Source: an uncultured Thiohalophilus sp.
Lineage (GTDB): Bacteria; Pseudomonadota; Gammaproteobacteria; UBA6429; Thiohalophilaceae
NCBI GenBank assembly: GCA_964575555.1
Contig: CAZNRP010000002.1
Span: 1-63,058 of the forward strand
Length of the DNA: 63,058 nt
Direction: 5' to 3'
Of the stretch, positions 11,066 to 19,938 are shown piece by piece. How positions within the stretch are numbered: position 1 is the stretch's first letter; each line of letters starts with the position of its first letter. The notes below the pieces were generated by a model. It searched no databases, was not told where the DNA came from, and saw only the letters and a list, made by a program, of their open reading frames with translations. The translations under genes and the position numbers were made by a program.

Positions 11066-11180
11066 TGTTTAAACCCTTCTAAAACATAAGACTTCACTAA
11101 TATTGAACTTTTTTGTATATTGGCACTCACAGGTGGTGAGTGCTAATATTCATTATATCTTTGAACGAGGATTACGAATC

Positions 11181-12044
11181 ATGAACAAGAATTTGGCAAT
11201 GCAACTGGCGGTTCCCGTTGGTCATTCAGCTGGGAGTCTGGAATCTTATATTCAGGCAGCCCGCAGCATTCCTATTCTCAGTGTTGAAAAAGAAAGGGAA
11301 CTGGCGCAGTTGTTACACGAGCATGGTGATCTCAATGCCGCTCAGGAACTGATTATGTCCCATCTGCGCTTCGTCGTGCATATCGCCAAGAGTTATAGCG
11401 GTTACGGCCTGGCGCAGGCCGATCTGGTACAGGAAGGCAATATTGGTTTGATGAAGGCGGTAAAACGCTTTGATCCTAGCTTTGGTGTACGTCTGGTTTC
11501 TTTTGCCGTGTACTGGATTCGTGCTGAAATTCATGAGTACGTATTGCGTAACTGGCGCATCGTTAAAGTGGCTACCACCAAGGCGCAGCGCAAATTATTC
11601 TTTAATTTACGCAGTAAGAAAAAAGCCCTGGGCTGGTTGAATCACAAAGAAGTCGGTGCCATTGCCGAAGAGCTAGGGGTGACGCGCAAGGATGTGGTGG
11701 AAATGGAATCCCGCTTGAGCGGGATTGATATGGGTTTTGATGAGCCTGATAGCGATGACGATGAAAGTCACACGGTTGCGCCCGTAGCCTATTTGCAGGA
11801 TATGAGTCATGAACCTTCAGCGCAGGCCGAAGCCAATGACTGGGAAGCCTACAACCATTCACGTTTGAGCAATGCGCTGGCCGATCTGGATGATCGCAGT
11901 CGTGACATTATTCAGCAACGTTGGCTGGCGGATAACAAGTCTACCCTGCATCAGCTGGCGGATATATACTCGGTTTCTGCCGAACGTATCCGACAACTGG
12001 AAAACAATGCGATTAAGAAGTTGAAAAATGCATTAGTCGTATAA
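11181..12044 (+). CDS. rpoH: RNA polymerase sigma-32 (heat shock sigma factor)
   Basis: RpoH box QRKLFFNLR, sigma region 2 ([19 protein letters not shown]) and the position after ftsYEX. Start moved to ATG 11181 (GAGGA at 11167-11171). Confidence 0.95.
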   Translation: MNKNLAMQLAVPVGHSAGSLESYIQAARSIPILSVEKERELAQLLHEHGDLNAAQELIMSHLRFVVHIAKSYSGYGLAQADLVQEGNIGLMKAVKRFDPSFGVRLVSFAVYWIRAEIHEYVLRNWRIVKVATTKAQRKLFFNLRSKKKALGWLNHKEVGAIAEELGVTRKDVVEMESRLSGIDMGFDEPDSDDDESHTVAPVAYLQDMSHEPSAQAEANDWEAYNHSRLSNALADLDDRSRDIIQQRWLADNKSTLHQLADIYSVSAERIRQLENNAIKKLKNALVV

Positions 12045-12050
12045 AAATAT

Positions 12051-12078
12051 AAGGGCTCCATCAGGAGCCCTTATTTCT
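12051..12078 (+). terminator. Rho-independent terminator after rpoH
   Basis: aagggctcc / atca / ggagccctt, a 9-bp perfect stem, followed by a T-rich tail. Confidence 0.7.
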
Positions 12079-12145
12079 ATACGGAAAGCGGGTTTTCGAT
12101 TTTATAAAAAGAAAAGATCTTGAACCGCAGAGAATGTATTCGGTT

Positions 12146-12197
12146 ATAACCTCGTTCCCATGCTCTGCGTGGGAATGCATACCGTGGTGGCAAAGTA
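12146..12197 (+). repeat. REP-like palindromic repeat, copy 1
   Basis: ataacctcgttcccatgctctgcgtgggaatgcataccgtggtggcaaagta. About 85-90 percent identical by eye to 21555-21605. Core inverted repeat ttccca...tgggaa. Confidence 0.75.
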
Positions 12198-12443
12198 ATG
12201 CGAGATATGGTTTCCACACCGACCCTGGAAATTAGAAACCAGAAAAAGTGAATTTTTCATCAGTTTGTTATCGATCTGATCCTAACTACCAGAAAAAGTT
12301 CAATATATTAAGAGACAGCCCGATGGGAGAGGGGGCTATGATGCGAATGCCTGGCGAGGCATTCACGATAACGACATTTTCTTATTTTTACCTAAAATTT
12401 CTGTAATAATTCCCCATCTCTGTTTAAAAGGTCGTTAACATTC

Positions 12444-13775
12444 ATGTCCTCCCCTATTCAACAAGCGGCTCCTAAGGTTGGATTTATCAGTCTGGGCTGC
12501 CCCAAGGCACTGGTAGATTCGGAACAAATTTTGACCCGTCTACGCGCCGAAGGTTACGACATTACCCCGGAATATGAAGATGCCGAGCTGGTGGTGGTGA
12601 ACACCTGCGGGTTCATCGACAGTGCCGTGGAAGAGTCGTTGGAGACTATCGGCGAGGCACTGCATGAAAATGGCAAAGTGATCGTGACCGGTTGCTTAGG
12701 TGCCAGAGGTAACACCGTACTTGAGCATCACCCGCAGGTGCTTGCGGTTACCGGCCCCCATGCTTTAAGTGAAGTCATGGATGCGATTCACACCCATATT
12801 CCTAAACCGCATGATCCCTTCACCGATCTGGTACCGGCTGCCGGAATCAAATTGACACCGCAGCATTATGCCTACTTAAAAATATCAGAAGGCTGTAACC
12901 ACCGTTGCAGTTTTTGCATTATCCCAGCTCTGCGCGGTGATCTGGTGAGCCGTCCGATTGCGGAGGTGATGCGTGAAGCTGAGGCATTGGCACAAAGCGG
13001 GGTCAAAGAATTACTGGTGGTGTCACAGGATACCAGCGCCTATGGTGTAGATTTAAAATACCGGACTGAATTTTGGGGCGGCCGCCCACTTAAAACGCGC
13101 TTAACCGCACTGGCACAGGCCTTGGGTGAACTGGGGATCTGGGTTCGCCTGCATTATGTCTATCCCTATCCACATGTGGACAAGGTGATCCCGCTGATGG
13201 CAGAAGGAAAAATTCTGCCCTATCTGGATGTACCGCTGCAACATGCGAGCCCGCGCATTCTTAAAGCGATGAAGCGACCGGCAAATATTGAAAATACTTT
13301 ACAACGAATACAGGGCTGGCGTGAGATCTGTCCCGAGATTACTCTGCGTAGTACCTTCATCACTGGCTTTCCCGGTGAAACAGAACAGGATTTTGATGAG
13401 TTGCTGCAATTTATAATGGAAGCCCGGCTGGATCGGGTGGGTGCTTTTACCTACTCTGCCGTTGAGGGTGCCGATGCCAATCAACTGGCTGATCCTGTGG
13501 CTGAAGAAATAAAGCAGGACAGGCTGGAACGATTAATGGCGGTACAGGAAAAAATCAGTACCGAAAAACTTGCCGCCAAAGTCGGTCAGGAAATGACGGT
13601 GCTGGTGGATGGCATTAGTGAAGATGGCTTATTGCTCGCACGCTCTGCCGCCGATGCGCCGGAAGTGGATGGTGTGGTGATTCTGGATGGTGTGGAAGAA
13701 GCAAAGGCCGGTGAGTTTCTTAAAATAAAAGTGACGGCGGCAACCGAACATGACTTAATTGCCGTTGAGTGTTAA
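12444..13775 (+). CDS. rimO: Ribosomal protein S12 methylthiotransferase
   Basis: N-terminal UPF0004 cysteines ([16 protein letters not shown]), radical [11 protein letters not shown] and a C-terminal TRAM-like region. Confidence 0.95.
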   Translation: MSSPIQQAAPKVGFISLGCPKALVDSEQILTRLRAEGYDITPEYEDAELVVVNTCGFIDSAVEESLETIGEALHENGKVIVTGCLGARGNTVLEHHPQVLAVTGPHALSEVMDAIHTHIPKPHDPFTDLVPAAGIKLTPQHYAYLKISEGCNHRCSFCIIPALRGDLVSRPIAEVMREAEALAQSGVKELLVVSQDTSAYGVDLKYRTEFWGGRPLKTRLTALAQALGELGIWVRLHYVYPYPHVDKVIPLMAEGKILPYLDVPLQHASPRILKAMKRPANIENTLQRIQGWREICPEITLRSTFITGFPGETEQDFDELLQFIMEARLDRVGAFTYSAVEGADANQLADPVAEEIKQDRLERLMAVQEKISTEKLAAKVGQEMTVLVDGISEDGLLLARSAADAPEVDGVVILDGVEEAKAGEFLKIKVTAATEHDLIAVEC

Positions 13776-13810
13776 AAAATTTCAGCCGTTTTAAGCTCTG
13801 GAAAAATATA

Positions 13811-13865
13811 CTTCGTTAACTTCGTTCCCACGCAAAGTGTAGCCACCAGAAACCAGAAAAATATA
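13811..13865 (+). repeat. REP-like repeat, truncated or mosaic copy
   Basis: cttcgttaacttcgttcccacgcaaagtgtagccaccagaaaccagaaaaatat. Shares aac(c/t)tcgttccca(t/c)gc with copy 1, and aaccagaaaaatat with the reverse complement of 50487-50527. Confidence 0.55.
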
Positions 13866-13950
13866 TGTTAATCCTTGCATCCGTATTTGTCCCCTCGTCT
13901 TTTGGGAGAGGGAATTAACACCATGCAGATCTTCATGCAAAATAAATACT

Positions 13951-15684
13951 ATGAGCAAGATCCACAACAAAATGAATAATCATCCCACCGGCTTGTCATT
14001 GCGCCTGCATGACTTCGTGCTCTTTACCATCATGGGCATCCTGGCTGGCTGTGGTTTAATTTATGAATACCTGCTCTCACATTATGCCGGTCGAGTCTTA
14101 GGCGCGGTCGAGCAGGTTATTTTTGCCATGATTGGTATTATGGTTGTGTCGATGGGGCTGGGTGCCTTTGCCGCGCGAGTGTTCAAATCCTATTTTAATG
14201 CCTTTGCCTGGCTGGAAGTCTCGATTGCGTTAATCGGTGCCACTTCGGTATTAGTGTTGGCCGCAACTATGGCCCTGGCCAATTTATTTCCTCAAATTTT
14301 AATGCAAACATTTTCTCTGCCGCCCGATCTCATTCCCCGTGGCGGCATGATTATCTGGGCCAATAATATTGCCTCGGCTATGCCTTATGTAGCCGGTTTT
14401 ATTTTAGGTTTTTTTATCGGCATGGAAATCCCCCTCATCGCCAATATTCGTGAACAAATTTATGGCGAGCATGTTGAACATAATACTGGCTCAATCTATG
14501 GTGTAGATTACATCGGTGCGGGTATCGGTGCCGCTATCTGGGTGATGTTTATGCTGAGCCTGCCGCCGACACAGGCCGCCGTGATCACGGCAACGGCGAA
14601 TCTGCTGGTGGGATTATTATTCTATGTGGTATATCGAAAATATATTCGCTTTGGGGTGTTGGTGGTTTTAGCCCATGTTCTGGTGGGTGTGGTTATCGTG
14701 GTGATCGCCTTATATGGAACCGACTGGGATAACGCCATGGAAGATTTGCTCTATAAAGATAAGGTTATCTTTAGCTATAACTCAAAATACCAGCACATTA
14801 CTGTTACTGAGCGAATTATGGATCCGGCTAAGCCGAAAATTATTTCCCTGTTTATTAATGGTCGTTCACAATTCGCCAGCAATGATGAGCAGATATATCA
14901 TTCCATGCTGGTGGCCCCGGTGATGAATGCCTCAGCCCGCCATGAGAAAATCTTGATCATCGGTGGCGGTGATGGGCTGGCCCTGCGTGAAGTCTTGCGC
15001 TGGCAACCGCAATCCGTCGATCTGGTCGATATCGATCAAACGATTGTTGAATTTTTTACCCTGCCCTATCAAAAAGATGGCCGCATCATTAACCAGCCTT
15101 TACTTGAGTTGAACCAGCATTCCTTCAGCGATCCACGGGTGCATACCCATTTTGGTGATGCTTTTATAAAAGTGGATGAGCTGATTCGAGAGGGGCGACT
15201 GTATGACAGCATCATTGTGGATCTGCCCGATCCCAGTCATCCGGACTTAAACAAACTCTATTCCGCACGATTTTATGCCAAACTCAAAATCCTGTTGACC
15301 GGTGACGGGGCTATGGTGGTGCAATCCACCTCACCCTATCATGCGAAAAATACCTTTTTATCTATTGGCAAAACCGTGCATTACGCCGGTTTTATGCATG
15401 TTGAGCAATATCATCACAATGTCCCCAGTTTTGGCGAATGGGGCTGGACCATTGCCACTAAAAATGGGCTTTCCGCCCGTGCCCGAATCGCTCAGAAAGA
15501 TAAGCTGGAAGTTGATGATAACTGGTCAACTAAGGGCGTTATACTGGCAGCCTTCGAATTTAATCAACATTATTTTGAACATCTTGATGATATACACGTC
15601 AATAGAATCAATAATCAGGCGGCCTATAAATATCATCAGGCTGACTGGGAAAAACAGCAGGGCATTTATTTAATAGAAAAATAG
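13951..15684 (+). CDS. Membrane-anchored spermidine-synthase-like aminopropyltransferase (polytopic N-terminal domain fused to a SpeE fold)
   Basis: About 260 aa of hydrophobic helices, then the SpeE-like motifs YQHITVTE, ILIIGGGDGLALREV, VDLVDID and VDLPDPSHP. Confidence 0.8.
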   Translation: MSKIHNKMNNHPTGLSLRLHDFVLFTIMGILAGCGLIYEYLLSHYAGRVLGAVEQVIFAMIGIMVVSMGLGAFAARVFKSYFNAFAWLEVSIALIGATSVLVLAATMALANLFPQILMQTFSLPPDLIPRGGMIIWANNIASAMPYVAGFILGFFIGMEIPLIANIREQIYGEHVEHNTGSIYGVDYIGAGIGAAIWVMFMLSLPPTQAAVITATANLLVGLLFYVVYRKYIRFGVLVVLAHVLVGVVIVVIALYGTDWDNAMEDLLYKDKVIFSYNSKYQHITVTERIMDPAKPKIISLFINGRSQFASNDEQIYHSMLVAPVMNASARHEKILIIGGGDGLALREVLRWQPQSVDLVDIDQTIVEFFTLPYQKDGRIINQPLLELNQHSFSDPRVHTHFGDAFIKVDELIREGRLYDSIIVDLPDPSHPDLNKLYSARFYAKLKILLTGDGAMVVQSTSPYHAKNTFLSIGKTVHYAGFMHVEQYHHNVPSFGEWGWTIATKNGLSARARIAQKDKLEVDDNWSTKGVILAAFEFNQHYFEHLDDIHVNRINNQAAYKYHQADWEKQQGIYLIEK

Positions 15685-15717
15685 TTGACATAATATGTCG
15701 TGCTGACATATTATGTC
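15685..15717 (+). promoter_or_regulatory. Candidate internal promoter/operator: TTGACA plus a 13-bp inverted repeat
   Basis: ttgaca at 15685-15690. gacataatatgtc (15687-15699), spacer gtgct, gacatattatgtc (15705-15717) are exact reverse complements. An A/T-rich -10-like hexamer lies about 17 nt after TTGACA. The site is 26 nt upstream of the yjfI-like ATG. Confidence 0.35.
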
Positions 15718-15742
15718 CTGGTGCTGGATATTTGGAGGAAAC

Positions 15743-16168
15743 ATGAGTAACGAAAAGCTGGAACAATTAATGACAAATTTGGCGGATAGTCAATTATCCG
15801 ATGGCGCAAACCTTTCCCTGGAAATGTTTGATGGCGAAAATGCCGTGGCCTGTATCACAGTCGAAGATCGGGATGAATTTCCTATTTACATGACGGTTGA
15901 TGAAGGACAGATCCTCTGCATCACTTATTTATTTGGTGATGAACAGGTGGCGCAGGCTAAACGCGCACAGCTGGCAGAAGGTATGTTGTTGATGAATGTT
16001 TCCATTCCGCTATCCGCATTTTCCAAAATTGGCAGTCAGTATATTATGTTTGGAGCCCTGTCTCCGCAATCAAGTACGGACGAACTATTAAACGAAATAG
16101 AGATGTTAAGTGACAATGTGCTTGAAGCCATTGATGCCCTGGCAGACTATTTAACGGAGGCTGCATAA
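15743..16168 (+). CDS. YjfI-like (DUF2170) protein
   Basis: Start moved to ATG 15743 (GGAGGA upstream). About 140 aa, acidic. Family recognised from memory (…QILCITYLF…IPLSAFSKIG..YIMFGALS…). Sits immediately upstream of the pspA-like gene, as in E. coli yjfI-yjfJ. Confidence 0.6.
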   Translation: MSNEKLEQLMTNLADSQLSDGANLSLEMFDGENAVACITVEDRDEFPIYMTVDEGQILCITYLFGDEQVAQAKRAQLAEGMLLMNVSIPLSAFSKIGSQYIMFGALSPQSSTDELLNEIEMLSDNVLEAIDALADYLTEAA

Positions 16169-16171
16169 GCT

Positions 16172-16867
16172 ATGAGTATTTTTAAAAAATTAATTACCGC
16201 CGTACGGGGTGGAGCCACGGAAGTGGGTGAAGCCATCGTCGATACACAGGCGATCCGAATCCTGGAGCAGGAATTGCGAGATGCAAAAAAAGCACTGAAT
16301 GATGCGAAAACCAATCTCACCGCGATTATGGCTGAAAAAATGGCCATTAGCCGCAAAGTGAAGGAATTCACGGATAAGGTTAGCGAGCATGAAGCCTATG
16401 TGATGCAAGCACTGGATAAAGGTGATGAGAGCCTGGCTAGTGATATTGCCGAGAAAATTGCTGAATTCGAATATGAGCAAAATATTCAGCAGGGCATACT
16501 CGATGGCTATGAAACGAAAGTTTCCAGCTTGAAGAAAATGATTCGTCAGACTGAACGAAACATTCAGGCCATGGATCGTGAAATCTCGGTGGTGAAAACC
16601 ACGGAGAAAGTGCAAAAGGCTAACGAGTTGGCGGCGGCTAAATTTTCCGGCTCGAATTCATCCTTGCGTAGTGCCACGGATTCACTAGAGCGAATTAAGG
16701 CGCGTCAGCAAAAACGTGAAGATCAGGCGGCTGCCGCAGTGGAACTTGAATCTGAAGACAAGGGCGATGATTTGCAGGCACGCTTAAAAAATGCAGGTAT
16801 CGTTAATTCTGGCAGCTCGGGCTCATCGGTTCTGGATCGATTAAAGAAACAAAAAGAGAAGTCTTAA
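16172..16867 (+). CDS. PspA/IM30 family protein (YjfJ-like)
   Basis: 231 aa, almost entirely coiled-coil. N-terminus MSIFKKLITAVRGGATEVGEAIVDTQAIRILEQELRDAKKAL is typical of PspA/IM30. Confidence 0.85.
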   Translation: MSIFKKLITAVRGGATEVGEAIVDTQAIRILEQELRDAKKALNDAKTNLTAIMAEKMAISRKVKEFTDKVSEHEAYVMQALDKGDESLASDIAEKIAEFEYEQNIQQGILDGYETKVSSLKKMIRQTERNIQAMDREISVVKTTEKVQKANELAAAKFSGSNSSLRSATDSLERIKARQQKREDQAAAAVELESEDKGDDLQARLKNAGIVNSGSSGSSVLDRLKKQKEKS

Positions 16868-17512
16868 ATGGGTTTGTTTAAATCGGTGTTTGGTGGTGGC
16901 AATTCGCCACCACCCTCGAGTAAAATCGAATCACCCGGAGATCTTAAGCCTGGTGATATGCTGAAAATGGAATTTTCCGATCAGGCTTTGATCTCAGGAC
17001 AAACATTAAAAGTCACCGAGCAGCTATTCTATGATTTAAATGCGGTTGAAAAATGTAAAACGATATCAATTTTACAAGGGGTGGAGCAACGGGTGTTGAT
17101 ATCCACCAGCACGGTTAATCCGGAGCGACCGTTGGAGTTGGCGGTGGCGGTATTACCCGAGACTGTATTTAAGATCTTTAAACGCAAACAATTTGTCGCT
17201 ATTTTTGAGGAGCCTGATAATAACGATCATCGGATTAATCGTAAAAATACAGCGACTGAGCAGGCATCATTGCAGGGCTTTATTGCCGAGTCCTATTTTC
17301 AGGAACGCACCAATGAAGCCTATCGGAGTAATAAAGATTGTCGTCATGAAACCTTGTTAGATTCCGACTGGAGTGCCTTTGATTATAAATTAATGGTTTC
17401 TGATGATCGGCAGCATGCCGTTCGTATTGAAGTCTTCGATGGGGGTCGTACTGATGTCTATTTAATTGCTTATTTAAAATTAAATAAAGTAGAAGAATAT
17501 TGGCCTGCCTAG
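16868..17512 (+). CDS. YjfK-like (DUF2491?) protein
   Basis: Starts directly after the pspA-like stop. Length (214 aa) and position match E. coli yjfK. The family assignment rests on position and memory only. Confidence 0.45.
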   Translation: MGLFKSVFGGGNSPPPSSKIESPGDLKPGDMLKMEFSDQALISGQTLKVTEQLFYDLNAVEKCKTISILQGVEQRVLISTSTVNPERPLELAVAVLPETVFKIFKRKQFVAIFEEPDNNDHRINRKNTATEQASLQGFIAESYFQERTNEAYRSNKDCRHETLLDSDWSAFDYKLMVSDDRQHAVRIEVFDGGRTDVYLIAYLKLNKVEEYWPA

Positions 17513-17513
17513 T

Positions 17514-17834
17514 ATGCCTGTAAAGAAAAAAATCCCCCAGTCCTGGACTAAATCTGACAAAAGTATTCGTGCCGTTCAGGTAATATTTGAGTTAGAGCAA
17601 GCACAATCCCGAGCGTTAAGAATTAAAGCCATTGAAAAAGATTTAAGCCCCTCAGATTATATTCGAGCCATAATTGGCCTGCCACAAAAAAAACCGGTTC
17701 GACCCCGCTTAAGCATTAGCCTGTCTACCGAGGATTACCTGAACCTGGCTAAGCGTTATAAACTAAATGCGGATGATAAAAGTAAAATCCGGGAACGCAT
17801 TAAAAGTGAGCTTATAAAAACCACTGAAAAATGA
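17514..17834 (+). CDS. Putative tandem ribbon-helix-helix DNA-binding protein
   Basis: Two consecutive strand-helix-turn-helix patterns: RAVQVIFELEQAQSRALRIKAIEKDLSPSDYIRAIIG and RLSISLSTEDYLNLAKRYKLNADDKSKIRERIKSELI. Confidence 0.45.
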   Translation: MPVKKKIPQSWTKSDKSIRAVQVIFELEQAQSRALRIKAIEKDLSPSDYIRAIIGLPQKKPVRPRLSISLSTEDYLNLAKRYKLNADDKSKIRERIKSELIKTTEK

Positions 17835-17909
17835 TTCTGATGCTATAGTGCTGGATACCCGTCGGTCAGATTATGTAAGCTTTGATGAAAATAGATAAAG
17901 ACGATTCTT

Positions 17910-19025
17910 ATGCATTTTATATTACGATATCTATCTAGAGGACGCGGCCGACTCAAGCACAATATCGGCAATGATTTAATCCAGTCGATAATAAAGTCGA
18001 GCATACTATTAATTATTCTGTTTGCCCTGCATATTGGATTTATGCTGTATTATGAAAACTTAAGCCTCGGCGATGCAGTCTGGCTTACCTTCACCACCGC
18101 CACCACGGTTGGCTATGGCGACCTCTCGGCCAGTACCACGCAGGGGCGGATTGCAACCATTGTATTATTATATCTTGGTGGTATTTTTATATTGGCCAAG
18201 GTGGTAGGTGATTATTTCAATTATCGACTTGAAGTTCGTGACAAAAAAAACAAGGGTCTATGGAGCTGGGACATGCAGGAACATATTGTTATATTAAATA
18301 CGCCGTCGTTTTCCGGAGAGCGTTATCTACAAAGACTGATTAAACAATTTCGTGCGTCACAGGACTATAAAGATACACCGATATACTTATTGACACGGCA
18401 GTTCCCTAACGGCTTACCTGGATTCATTACAAAACTCGATAAGGTAATGTATTACAATGGCAATCCGGGTAACCCGGAGGATTTAGAAGCAGTTTATGTG
18501 GATAATGCCCGTGATATTATTATTCTGACCAAGGATGAGAATGATGAAAGCTCCGATGGACGAACATTTGATATTCTGCACCGCTTAAAAGACAGAAATA
18601 TCAAGGCTAATATTCTGGTTGAATGTGTTGAAGACATTAATCGCAGGCGACTAGAAGAAGCCGGTGCGGACATTGTGCTGCGCCCGATACGCGCCTACCC
18701 TGAAATGATCGTGCGCGCATTTGATGCGCCGGGATCCGAGCGTATTATAGAAAACATGTTCAATAGCGAGGGTGATGGCTATCACCGCTATGAGGTACAA
18801 ATAAAGGGTATGAACTGGTGTGAGATTGTGAGCCGTTTGATTCGAGATAATGCCGGCATCGCCGTGGCCTATATTGATCTGCACAGCAATGAGATGGTAT
18901 ATAATCCTTCAGCCGAGGCGTGTCCAGATATTCAGGCCTTAATTACCATTAGCAAGGACAACAATATGTACAGTAATGACGATGTGAAAGCGTTGTTAGC
19001 GCAGGATAAAACATGCAAACACTAG
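17910..19025 (+). CDS. Two-TM potassium channel with a C-terminal RCK/TrkA-like domain
   Basis: Selectivity filter TTATTVGYGDLS between two hydrophobic helices. A cytoplasmic Rossmann-like domain follows (HIVILNTPSF...). Confidence 0.85.
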   Translation: MHFILRYLSRGRGRLKHNIGNDLIQSIIKSSILLIILFALHIGFMLYYENLSLGDAVWLTFTTATTVGYGDLSASTTQGRIATIVLLYLGGIFILAKVVGDYFNYRLEVRDKKNKGLWSWDMQEHIVILNTPSFSGERYLQRLIKQFRASQDYKDTPIYLLTRQFPNGLPGFITKLDKVMYYNGNPGNPEDLEAVYVDNARDIIILTKDENDESSDGRTFDILHRLKDRNIKANILVECVEDINRRRLEEAGADIVLRPIRAYPEMIVRAFDAPGSERIIENMFNSEGDGYHRYEVQIKGMNWCEIVSRLIRDNAGIAVAYIDLHSNEMVYNPSAEACPDIQALITISKDNNMYSNDDVKALLAQDKTCKH

Positions 19026-19927
19026 GCTCAAAAAACTTCAGGCATCTAATATGGCTATGGCTATTGAGTGCATTATTATTATCTGCCTGCGGTAATCGCT
19101 TCGAAGATCAGTTACGTGAAACGTCTAAAATAGTTGCCGCCAATTTAGAATATTTAAAAAGTCAGCTGGATGGCAAGCAGTTAACAAATTCATTACTTAT
19201 CATTAAATACGCCAATACGCTGAGTCGGCAAAAACCCGATTATGCAGATATTACCAGTCTAATGGTGAAAGAAGCGACATCCGAGGGTAAGGCATTCACA
19301 GCATTAAGCAAACGTCTGGCCAGTGTGAATCTGGCACCCACCAATAATGAGCAGGCCGCTTCTGGATTACAGGAGTTGCAGTTAATTAATGCGGCGGCCG
19401 ATGTGGTCGAATTTAATAATAGCCTCGCCGATGTGGTCAATACTCTGGCCTCCCTGTCAGACGGCAGCCTGCCATTGGTCAATGTACCCGCATCGCAAAA
19501 AGCGTCAGCGCAACAGGCCAATGCCTTAATTGGTAACCCTGCCTATGGTAATTGGCAACAGAATAGTAGTGGCAATTCCTTCTGGGCCTGGTATGGCATG
19601 TATTCCATGTTCAATAATGTTTTTGGGCGATCATATTATGGTTCATGGTCGGGTCGTCCGCATTATAGTTATTACAATAACTATGGTCGCAGTCGCTGGG
19701 GTTCGAGTTCTGATATCAATCGTAACCATGATTTAAGCCGACGTTACCCCAGCCGCTATAATAAACCCAGCGCCGCATCTAAATCACGTTATGCCTCCAG
19801 TCCCAGTCGTTCATCCAGTTATGGCAGTTCAAAGTCTGGTGGCAGTCAGTCATCGCCTTCACGTTATGGCTCGAGCAGTCGCAGTTCATCCTTCACAAGT
19901 TCTCGTGGCTTTAGCTCAGGTAAATAA
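19013..19927 (+). CDS. Lipoprotein with a Ser/Arg/Tyr-rich low-complexity C-terminus (possibly YjfM/DUF1190-like)
   Basis: Lipobox LLLSAC. The last ~130 aa are SYYNNYGRSRWGSSS...SSYGSSKSGGSQSSPSRYGSSSRSSSFTSSRGFSSGK. Overlaps the channel gene by 13 nt. Confidence 0.6.
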   Translation: MQTLGSKNFRHLIWLWLLSALLLSACGNRFEDQLRETSKIVAANLEYLKSQLDGKQLTNSLLIIKYANTLSRQKPDYADITSLMVKEATSEGKAFTALSKRLASVNLAPTNNEQAASGLQELQLINAAADVVEFNNSLADVVNTLASLSDGSLPLVNVPASQKASAQQANALIGNPAYGNWQQNSSGNSFWAWYGMYSMFNNVFGRSYYGSWSGRPHYSYYNNYGRSRWGSSSDINRNHDLSRRYPSRYNKPSAASKSRYASSPSRSSSYGSSKSGGSQSSPSRYGSSSRSSSFTSSRGFSSGK

Positions 19928-19938
19928 GGACATCTAAA

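Noticed and set aside
17937-17949. 13-mer agaggacgcggcc shared with 34197-34209, and related gcagaggacgc strings at 36041-36056 and 12125
   Set aside because: In a 63-kb window, tens of 13-mer coincidences are expected by chance. One copy lies inside a coding region. This may hint at a dispersed family but cannot be supported from this window alone.
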